From Nemertoderma westbladi (Eukaryota; Animalia; Xenacoelomorpha), in the NCBI GenBank assembly GCA_032718475.1, contig JAUCBJ010009068.1, forward strand, positions 1 to 33,002: a DNA stretch of 33,002 nucleotides, written 5' to 3'. The position numbers and the translations under genes are program-made. The notes under the pieces were generated by a model. It was not told the DNA's origin, did not search any database, and was given only the letters and a program-made list of their open reading frames with translations. Shown piece by piece: positions 1 through 9,065 of this stretch; within the stretch, counting starts at the first letter, position 1; every line of letters begins with the position of its first letter.

Positions 1-1232
1 GCCGCTTTTGCTTCTGCCGCTGCCGCTTTTCTTTCTGCTTCTGCCACTGCTGCTATCTTTCTGTCTTCTATACGCTTTTTCCTTAATTGTTCTTCCTTTT
101 CTCTAGCGATGCGGAGTTGTTCATCGAATTTAGCTTGGTTCGCCGCTAACCTATCCACATCAATCGCATCTAACACAAGTTTGGCTCCTTCGCTATTAGG
201 GCTAAGTCCCTCTAGCCTTCTCCTCAACTCTTCATCTCCCACAAAACGCTGATAGTCTGACAGATAGATATCAATGGCATCCTTCTTATGCGGTTTCTCT
301 GCCGTCGCTTCACTTTCCACTTGGGAGAAAGTAGCGTCTGTTGATTCTCCATGGGTTGAGCGCTCCTCCAACTGAGCTTTCCACTGAGCTGCTCCTTGAA
401 CTTGGCGACTCACCCTTTGAAACCAAGTCTTTACGGCAACTTGCAACGACGTGTCTTGCTTTCGTTTAGAAGCCTCCTCAAAGGCGGATAAGATTAGCCT
501 AATCCGCAGAACTCTTTCTCTAACTTGATAAAGCAGCGATCCCTGCTCTTGAGGTCCTGGAGGTTGTTGAAAAAGTTGCTTTTCTATTCGCTCCATAGAG
601 CTGAAGAATCCCTGTGCGTATCCGGCTGCGGACCTCTTCCACACAGCTGGATCGATGGTTTCCTTGGCTACTCCCATCCGGTGTATGTCTTCCCAGGCAG
701 CTTCTGATAAATCAAACGGGAGTCCGGGTCCGGGAAAGTTCCATTGCGACTCGACAATAGACTTCAGTTCTTCACTAGTGTAGCCCGCGTAGCTATCTCT
801 AGTTGTCCGTTGACTCCTTGCCCAATCGATCTGGTGTTCTTCCACCGCGATCAATAACCCAGCGAGCACGGCTGCAGGAAGGATGAGAAGGGGATCCGTA
901 TAAACCGCATCCGTCATCTCTGCTCCGCTCTCGGGTGTCAGCTCTACAGTATCCTCACTACTGGAGCTGCTGGGCCGCTGAGGAATAAGTTCTTGACTAG
1001 CGGGTTGTTGCTGTTCCGCCGCTTGTTGGTCCCGCTTGACCTGAGCTCGGGTGCCTATGATAGACCTACGATGTTGGACCAGCCTAGGTTCTGTTATTAC
1101 TACTGGAGGGATGACCTTCCTCACAGTGGGAGGTGAACTGGATCTACGACCAGACGTTTGTACGTCTCTATCTGAGTCGCAGATAGTTACATCTAATAAA
1201 CTGTCTGACAGGTTCTGCTTAGTATCAGACAT
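1..1232 (-). CDS. Open-ended ORF (at least 410 aa, continues past position 1); hypothetical protein with a coiled-coil segment, possibly retroelement ORF1/Gag-like
   Basis: Hand-translated from the ATG at 1232 (in-frame TAA just upstream): MSDTKQNLSDSLLDVTICDSD...QLRIAREKEEQLRKKRIEDRKIAAVAEAERKAAAAEAKAA, with no stop down to base 1. It is absent from the ORF track, presumably because no stop lies in the window. GC content is higher than in the flank. The Gag assignment is inference only; no diagnostic motif was seen. Confidence 0.7.
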   Translation of the reverse strand, partial: MSDTKQNLSDSLLDVTICDSDRDVQTSGRRSSSPPTVRKVIPPVVITEPRLVQHRRSIIGTRAQVKRDQQAAEQQQPASQELIPQRPSSSSSEDTVELTPESGAEMTDAVYTDPLLILPAAVLAGLLIAVEEHQIDWARSQRTTRDSYAGYTSEELKSIVESQWNFPGPGLPFDLSEAAWEDIHRMGVAKETIDPAVWKRSAAGYAQGFFSSMERIEKQLFQQPPGPQEQGSLLYQVRERVLRIRLILSAFEEASKRKQDTSLQVAVKTWFQRVSRQVQGAAQWKAQLEERSTHGESTDATFSQVESEATAEKPHKKDAIDIYLSDYQRFVGDEELRRRLEGLSPNSEGAKLVLDAIDVDRLAANQAKFDEQLRIAREKEEQLRKKRIEDRKIAAVAEAERKAAAAEAKA

Positions 1233-2550
1233 GACTATATATACCGTTGAATGTCTACTGCTATATTACAGTCTGAGTAAGTCTAATAACTCAGTATTAA
1301 CTGCTAGCCTAGTAATTAATTACCGGTACTGCTACTCAGTGTAGCGTGATATATAATATATAAGGATACCGGTATGCTTATAGTATATATAACTATTATT
1401 ACAGACTAGGTTTATCACAGAATACCGGTATAATTTTAGCACAAATATATATAAATATATAATAGGCCTATCGGAATACCGGTATACAGCTTACTGTTTG
1501 TAGGATATATAATTCTGAAATAGAATTAATTACAAGTACCGGTATAATTTCAGCCTAGATTTATAGAAATAAAGATAATAGGCCTATCGTAAATACCGGT
1601 ATATCAATTATTTCAAATAATTGAATTTCTGTTACTTTAGGGTTACTTTGTTACTTTACTTACTTTATTACCGTTATTTGAGCAGTAATCCAACTGATAT
1701 TGAGACCTACTGGTTGTATGGTAGGCCTACGATTTATAAATCGTTAGATTTGATTTATAATATATATATACCCGTTTTAGTGGGTTTTGTCAATGTTTGA
1801 AATAAATGTTATTATTTCTGGGGTAATCACTACACAAAGCGGTGCGCTTTTAGTGAAGTGTTACGTATAGGACACTAAAACAAATAATTCTAATTTACCT
1901 AAGTTACTTAATACTACAAATTACGTACAATTCGGGTTGAGATTACAATCTCTAAATAAATGCAAAAATTTACAAAAACGCAAAATACGAATTTTTTTAG
2001 GGTAATTTTACAAGAAGTCTACAAACCAGCCTAACAAAGGGTTAGAAAACCGGTTATTACACGGACAGGGTACTACGGTATTTGAAATAATAAGTAGTAG
2101 TAAATACACTGCGTTGTCTAGATAGGAAAATACCACCGCCTGACGACCTATAGCCGTATCGCTATAGGTTCTACGTTATGTATCACGGAGTGTTCCTACC
2201 TAGAAGTTAATAGAGCTAATCGAATGTGCCTATCAACCACTTTACAACACAAATATAATGCCTACAATAATTACTTCGGAAAGTACCGTACACTAAACCC
2301 TAAATTAGGTACGAGTACTTGTATAACAGATAATCAGTAATTAAATATACTTGAACAGCTAAAAGAACCACGGCATCTGCTGGAGTGACCGATGCACAAA
2401 ATCACCAGTCTTTACCTACGCCGAGCAGCCCGTGTAGTACCGGGGTTAATTTAACTATAGCGGTATGTATAACAAACACAATTACTGTAGGAACAAACTT
2501 GGGGACTTGAATGTTGCGAATAATCGCATAAACTCTGAATAATAAATATT

Positions 2551-3112
2551 ACGCTACGCGTACAAACTACTCAAACAAAATACAGACCGAACACTGACAG
2601 ACTACTATCAAGCCTAAACAAACCACAGTATATGCAGACTCCGAAATGATTAGGGAGTATGCGCTCTAACCCAGTAGTGCGACTTATTCTTTAGTTGGGG
2701 TTTACCTTACAGCATTCGCTGCCCTTACTGCCTAATCGTACTTAATCGGACAGATGATCTACACACGCAGCAATCCGTTCAGACCTAATAACCGCCAGAC
2801 AACTATCCAGCCTACAAATTATCTAAATAAAATTATACGCTACCCGTACAGACTTACACAAACAAAGTACAGACTAAACGATGGCAGACTACTCTCAAGC
2901 CTAAATAAACTACAGGACATGCAGACTCCGAAATGATTAGGGAGTATGCGCTCTAACCCAGTAGTGCGACTTATTCTTTAGTTGGGGGTTTACCTTACAG
3001 CGTGGCTGCCCCTACTTCCTAACCGTACTTAATCGGACAAGTGCTCTACACACACTGCAATCCGTTCAGACTTAACAGCAATCAGACAACAGCTTAGCCT
3101 ACAAATTGTCTA
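2551..3112. repeat. Two-copy tandem duplication, ~287-bp period, with a near-invariant ~82-bp core
   Basis: ATGCAGACTCCGAAATGATTAGGGAGTATGCGCTCTAACCCAGTAGTGCGACTTATTCTTTAGTTGGGG(G)TTTACCTTACAGC occurs at 2632-2713 and 2919-3001, differing by one G. The flanking parts of the copies align with many substitutions. Confidence 0.92.
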
Positions 3113-4919
3113 TACAATCTGATGAGGTTTACACGCCTTCTGTTCAATACTGGCCTACAAACAAATAAAACTTGACAGAAATAAGTAGAAATCTCAATAA
3201 AAAACCAGGGCTGCAGTCCCTGATTAATTATTAAGGCCTACTGGTATATAATTATCAAAATCGAATAATACTGCTGTACCTGTACTGCTGTAGGTACCGG
3301 TCCGGGTGGTTAGGTAGTCAGGCCTACTGACCTACAGATGTACCGGTTGACCGGTACTTTCAACTTTATTGCTTACTGCAATAAAGAAGCTATATCCTTT
3401 AATGTTCGCGCTTTCAGACCTTTGGCAGTTTAACCCGCCAAATTAGAATGTCTTCTAGATAATAAATCTGCTTTTAGTCTATGACAAGTATTTGATTCAC
3501 TACACTAGTCGAAACCAATCCGTGCGCGACCATTCACCCGCTGGATATTCCCGGGAGATTGGGTTCGACGGTTTAATTTTTATTGCTATGTAAGCCTAAT
3601 GTATTATTCGACTGACAGTAATATATAATCTCTGACAATATTATTCACCTTCGGTAATATTAACAGTTCCTTTAGGACGTGGCGCTTTATCTATATAAAC
3701 AGAGTTATGACTTAAACTACTCACAACGATATGGCTTAATTATAATTCACATATATGGCGCATTCTTTAGGAATGCTTCTTTAACAGACTCACTCATACA
3801 CAATGCTGCACAATACTGCACAATAATCTGACAATCTTCACTGATTTTAGTCACATATAAAAGGAACACAGGCTGACTCATGTAGGGTCTATCAAATAAC
3901 ATTAGATTCACTTCAAACCACTTTAACATAAGTCACAATCGTTTATCTGTAACCCTTCTCTCTTACCTTCGGTATATCAAGAACATTGGGTTTCGGGGTT
4001 GTTTATCGTTATTCCAAATATAATAATTCATCAACCATATTATGAAGAACTGACGGTAAATAGCAGTATAAAATAACTACTGAACACTGATTGTTATGAG
4101 TTTGCAATGTTTCAGCAGTCAGCATGTATGATCATCAGTCAGCAGTCATCAGGTATGTTAAATTGCAGCAGTGAGATATTTACAGTTAAAGGATATATGC
4201 CCTTTATAATTAAACCTACTAGTGTACGACTAAAAAGCAGTACAGCACAAAAAATACTTCCAAGCCGTTCTTTCTTTGGCTCAAGACTGAATGTAAGCAC
4301 TGCACATAGGCATTGCGTCATTTCTCGGAAATTCTCTGTACAAGGAGCCACAAAAACGCTCTCATTGGCTGACTGAACTGAGAGACGCCGTAGAACAAAG
4401 GAAATCAACACGTATGAATGTCAGCTGTTAACCGTAGTCATAGTAACTACTGTTCAAGAGTAGCTATCACCCTTTTGCGTCACGAATTGCCATAGAATCA
4501 TAAAATATACCTTTCACAGTACACATACGGAGGAAATAGGTCTTAGATCCTCTAAAAACACAGATACAGCAATAATACGGTCTCTTACACTTATTAAATC
4601 AACTACGGAGTATTTTAATGTAAAAGATAATAAAAATAACGGGGCAATTCAGCAAAGGCTTTTACACATATACTCATCACTTATTAAGAGTAGGGGAGAA
4701 TATGGACCGCGTCTGCGTGGGTTTAACATTTTATATTATTGTCATTAATAATTACTGTTTTGCGAGTTGAAATCGCTATTTTTCTATATATTCACGGTTT
4801 TATGTCTGAGAATTATTAACCCTGTCGTGAAATCAGATACTCCCTATGCACACATGATACATCCTTTGGTACGAACAACCGCAGTTCAAAATCCCGCCTG
4901 AATTGCTTGTAAGTCCACG

Positions 4920-4933
4920 TTTATTGGTTTATT
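4920..4933 (-). promoter_or_regulatory. Candidate tandem polyadenylation signals (AATAAA x2) for the NT5DC3-like gene
   Basis: TTTATT at 4920-4925 and 4928-4933 on the + strand, ~280 bp downstream of the stop codon. Such hexamers are common in AT-rich DNA. Confidence 0.3.
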
Positions 4934-5202
4934 TGTCTGATAGACTTTCCTAACATTTAGTTTACAATTAGTAAATATCGAAAGATATTGATATTCAAAA
5001 TTACATAAGAGATAAAACAATCATTAATGTGCGTTAGTTCACTACAAATTGTATTTTTGGGAACCACATTATGAAGTTATTGATGTTATATTTACGGTAT
5101 TAATAGATACTGACCTGAAAATAATTATACGATAGTAAATTCGTTTAAGTTTTAAGTAGAAACAAACATTGAATCAGCAAACCAAAGGGTACTACAGTAC
5201 TA

Positions 5203-6771
5203 TCATCTAATAACAGAATGAAAATGTGACTTTTTAGGTAATTGTATTTCGTGTGGTAACGCGGATCTATGGGGGTAGAAGGTATAGGTTATGGGATAGT
5301 TGAGGAAATTACAGAGGGATGAGGTATAAACATCGGCGAATCTAGATAGTCTACGGGAAAAGTAAGTTGGATTAGTGTAGGTCCTAAACAAACTGCCGAA
5401 CCGGGGGTTGAACAGCGTCTTATTGTAAACCCTTAGTGTTTGGCGCTCGTCCAACCACGAGTTCACCACCGCCGCTATCTCGCTATCCTCGGAATACAAC
5501 TGCGCTTGTTCTATAAGGTGTTCCAGATTCACCATCCAGTTTGTGGCTCGGCGGTACCCAATTGTGTTCATTTTATGGATTTCTTGGGCTAATTCAGGTA
5601 TAACAGCGCCGGTTGTCCACCCGTATTGTAACGTCGGGTCAGCTAAGTCGATATAAACAGAATCACCAATGTAGAAAACTTTTGAGCCACTCCATTGTGT
5701 CATATCGACGAAATCCTTAATGTTCCCTCGCATATAAACTCGTCCCTTATCCAGTTGATTAACCTTCTCCCAAGAGATTGTCTGTTTGGTTTTTTTATAC
5801 CTTCTAAAATGTTGGTGTTTATTTGTGAAGAACTTCGGTTTCATAGCTTGACAGATAACCACGTCAAACATTTGCAGCCAATCGGCCCCGAATATATTTA
5901 TCATCCCTTGGTTAACAAAATCGTAAGGTGAGTTGGTTATGAGAAATAACTTTTTCCCCGCCGCGTTTAATCGTATCAAAAACTCTCTGACTTTATTCCT
6001 GTTTTGTAGATATTCCGGGAGGTTACGTAGTATCGCGTTGTGGAACACCCCGGACAGATGGACGCTGGTCACAGCCTCACGGATATCTCTGTATATATTC
6101 TCCGGGTCGCATGTGTAGCCCTGCTTCAACAGATAATCCTGTATGTTCGTGATTAGGTTTATCTCGGGTTTTGAGAAGTGGTCCATCATTTGGTACATGT
6201 TTCCGCCTCCGTAGAAATCGCTCATTCGTTGTATCGGTACGTGGGCGCCGTCGTACAGGGACAGAACGTCTGCGTCACACACCGGTTCGTGTCCGCGGTA
6301 AACGGTCCCCAACTGGATGCGATGGAACGAATCCATCTTCATTAACATCCCGTTCCCAATGTCGAAATGGAGACCGCGGATAGCGAACTCTTTGTTGTAG
6401 TCGAGATGGAGGATGTCTTTGGGGTATTTGTTCTTGTTGATGAGGATGTCTCTAGCGAGGTCGTACAGAAGATGGGCGACCGATTCGGTGTAGGCGGCGA
6501 GGGTGTAATCGTAGTCGAAGCCGTACACCTCGATGTGCGACAACGGCGTCTCGTTGTTGGCGAACACGGCCTCCGGGTTTATCGGAAGTCCCGGCAGGGT
6601 GTTCGCCTCTTCCGAACAGCGCTGTTCCGAGGTGGCGTAGGCGTCCCACAGCTGGCGAACGGTTGGGGTTGCGGGTCGCGAGTCCCACAACCGGCGAATC
6701 GGAGCTCTAATCAGTTCTGGGTGCGGTCTGTGGCTGTGGCGGCTGGGGCCTTTACGACCATATAGTGCCAT
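5203..6771 (-). CDS. NT5DC3: 5'-nucleotidase domain-containing protein 3-like (HAD superfamily, cN-II/NT5DC family), uninterrupted CDS, 522 aa
   Basis: HAD motif I YGFDYDYTLA plus FAIRGLHFD, IQLGTVYRG, QRMSDFYG, KKLFLITNSP, FDVVICQAMKPKFF, GDSVYIDLAD, TGAVIPEL, FNPRFGSLFRT and FSRRLSRFADVYTSS match NT5DC2/3 as I recall them; MSDFYG favours NT5DC3. The Arg-rich N-terminus is compatible with a mitochondrial transit peptide. An in-frame TGA lies upstream of the ATG. Confidence 0.92.
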   Translation of the reverse strand: MALYGRKGPSRHSHRPHPELIRAPIRRLWDSRPATPTVRQLWDAYATSEQRCSEEANTLPGLPINPEAVFANNETPLSHIEVYGFDYDYTLAAYTESVAHLLYDLARDILINKNKYPKDILHLDYNKEFAIRGLHFDIGNGMLMKMDSFHRIQLGTVYRGHEPVCDADVLSLYDGAHVPIQRMSDFYGGGNMYQMMDHFSKPEINLITNIQDYLLKQGYTCDPENIYRDIREAVTSVHLSGVFHNAILRNLPEYLQNRNKVREFLIRLNAAGKKLFLITNSPYDFVNQGMINIFGADWLQMFDVVICQAMKPKFFTNKHQHFRRYKKTKQTISWEKVNQLDKGRVYMRGNIKDFVDMTQWSGSKVFYIGDSVYIDLADPTLQYGWTTGAVIPELAQEIHKMNTIGYRRATNWMVNLEHLIEQAQLYSEDSEIAAVVNSWLDERQTLRVYNKTLFNPRFGSLFRTYTNPTYFSRRLSRFADVYTSSLCNFLNYPITYTFYPHRSALPHEIQLPKKSHFHSVIR

Positions 6772-6807
6772 GTCGATCGATATCGGAGAAAATTTTAGGA
6801 AATCTCT

Positions 6808-6842
6808 TAATAGACTGACAGAGAATATCTGTCAGTCTATTA
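6808..6842. other. Perfect 15-bp hairpin in the presumptive 5' UTR of NT5DC3
   Basis: TAATAGACTGACAGA (6808-6822), loop GAATA, TCTGTCAGTCTATTA (6828-6842). Confidence 0.85.
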
Positions 6843-7061
6843 TTTATCGATCTGCAATGAAATACTTAAATGAAATACGGCAAATAATGCTAATATGCTA
6901 ACAATCACCTACCAAGTATCAATTAATAGAATATAGGCCTAAATGGAACATGAGTTAAAATGTTATACAAAACGTCAAAATATAAAAAATACAAAATGAC
7001 AGCAACATTCCCAGAAATTTGATGTTATGTTAATCCTCTAAAATATTTAATTCGAGATAAG

Positions 7062-7085
7062 CCCCCCCCCCCCCCCCCCCCCCCC
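7062..7085. repeat. Poly-C tract (24 nt)
   Basis: Homopolymer visible directly. Confidence 0.9.
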
Positions 7086-7346
7086 GGTGGATAAGTAAAA
7101 CCAAAACAATAAATAGTAAATTGGTAGTGATATGACTGATATGCTGGTAAATTGAATTACAACCTACACAAACATTGCGAATACGATCAATAGTATACTA
7201 ACTAGGAATTAAATTTGAACTTGCCGCCATACTGGAACCCTAGGAGCGGGTCACATAATTTGCGAACTAAATTAGTTCATAGTTGAATCAGTTATAAGTT
7301 GTATATTTGGTACTTATTGATTGATAGTGATTATTATTTATTTCAG

Positions 7347-7554
7347 GCACAGCAAAGACATAATCATTTATACTGCGTTCGTTCAAATTACTTCCATGTT
7401 ATGGTCCTACTTATGGTTGCTATGGTTACTGGTTCCAGGGCGGGCAATCTATTTGCTTTGGGTGAACTTTCTGGGACCCTGGTTCTTTGCGGCGCCGCCA
7501 GAGGGAGACCAGAAGGAAAAACGAAAAGAGAAACGGAAGTTCCTACGGCATTAA
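7347..7554 (+). CDS. TMEM208: Terminal coding exon of transmembrane protein 208 (SND2 family)
   Basis: Splice acceptor ttatttatttcAG|G at 7346/7347, then HSKDIIIYTAFVQITSMLWSYLWLLWLLVPGRAIYLLWVNFLGPWFFAAPPEGDQKEKRKEKRKFLRH*. This matches the TMEM208 C-terminus as recalled (EHLKDVILLTAIVQ...[21 protein letters not shown], then a basic tail). No upstream exons were found in the window. Confidence 0.9.
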
Positions 7555-9065
7555 TAATTAGTTAATAATTATTTTAGTAATTCATACTTTATTAACTATT
7601 TTTACTGGTTGCTAAATTTACTGTGCAGAGTTAACTTATTTTTCAGTTCGCGCGTTATTTGTGTTTCTACTTGTTTGGTTAATTAGATAGTATAGTTTAC
7701 TAAAGCTATGAAGTTTTCGATAGGTGTAAGATATGTATTATAGTAGGTCATGGTAAGACATTCTGTGAGTTAGAGCGTAGCACTTATTTTCCAAGGGAAA
7801 CATGTATCCCATAGGGTGGGTTTTTGGGAATTTTATTTTAGGCCGATATTTTACTTACACAAACAGTTGAAAATGATGACTTGGAGTTTATTGGGTAATA
7901 AATATGTCTAGACAATTCACTGACAATGACGGAGTAGTTTTACTGTCTGTCTGGCTGTTTTTCAGACTGTCTGTCTGTCTGTTGGTTTGTCCGTCAAATT
8001 ATACTAAAACACACAAAATATCTAAATGTTTCGCTATGTGGGTTTTCCTGGTCGGTGATTTCATTTCCGATGTCAATTTTGATTTTAAGAAGAATCTTCT
8101 TGGTATATCTATCAATCTGGCTGTCTGTCTTTCTGTCTGAATGCCGGTCAAAAACAAGGCAGCATCAGGAGTTGAACAATAATTAAGCACTATTTCGTTC
8201 TTTATAATTCTAGCTAGACCTCGGTAAATATAATAATTATTAATATTATATTCATACTCCAATATACGAAATATAGGCGTACAGAGAGCAATACATACAT
8301 ACATACATACAACGAAATTAATTCACCGGTATAGAGAGCACAAAAATGAAATAAATAATCACGGCAATGAAAATACATAAAATGAGCGGGACCGCACTAA
8401 ATCAACATACAATAGGGCATAAATGTTATATTGACAACCGAAAGATAAAGAAAAAATAAATATAAATAACATTAAATTGTGCTTGCAATTTGCTTTTAAG
8501 CTTTTTAGTTCGTCATCCTCAAACATTATCTCTCCCAGACTGCACACATCCAACGCACCACACTTGGGGCACACTTGATCAGCAGGAGTCAAGTACCTGG
8601 GCTTTGTTATCACATGTGACGTCATTTCATCACGGAGAACCAGTTGAGAAACTTTATTGGCAATTCTTCTTAAGATTGGGTCGGCTGTCGAACGACAATC
8701 AGATGATGATTGTCGACAATTAGTAGTATATTTAATTAATCCGCAACCAATTAAGGTCATTGGAACTATATGATAAGAGTAAGGCACAGTAATAATTCTA
8801 ACGAGATAATTATAACAATTTGTTGCACCTTAATTAATTACTGACAATTTTTAATTCGACACAAATTGATATTTCACAAATCAAATTTTTAATCGCAAGT
8901 TGTTGGCTTCATTAATATATCGAGACAAATTGATAAAACCTACTTTAGAAGAAACACTGAGTAATTCACGAAACTTATACATAGAAGAAGAAATGTTACA
9001 TCGTAAACCTAAAAACTGTGCGGTTATATCTGGAAATGTTGTACCATCTCCAAGATTCAATACTT

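Noticed and set aside
1321-1605. Recurrent TACCGGTA/TAGGCCTA palindromes and a ~115-bp degenerate duplication
   Set aside because: These motifs recur throughout the window's non-coding DNA and look like background composition rather than a specific element.
3515-3570. Primer-binding site (minus TGGTCGCGCACGG) or tRNA-like B box (GGTTCGA)
   Set aside because: It matches no tRNA 3' end I can recall, is not preceded by an LTR CA end, and forms no cloverleaf.
3119-4160. Hammerhead ribozyme cores (CTGATGA at ~3119 on +, and two on - at ~4130-4152 upstream of GAAAC)
   Set aside because: No stem II closes between CTGATGA and a GAAA, and no stems I/III with an NUH site could be built.
5695-6765. 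Short ORFs overlapping NT5DC3 on either strand
   Set aside because: These are shadow frames of a GC-rich real CDS.
7940-8140. CTGT-repeat patches and small ORFs
   Set aside because: Degenerate microsatellite or old repeat remnant; the ORFs have no recognisable content.
8582-8615. GVKYLGFVI on +, resembling the RT YLG motif
   Set aside because: It is flanked by nearby in-frame stops and no other RT motifs are present.
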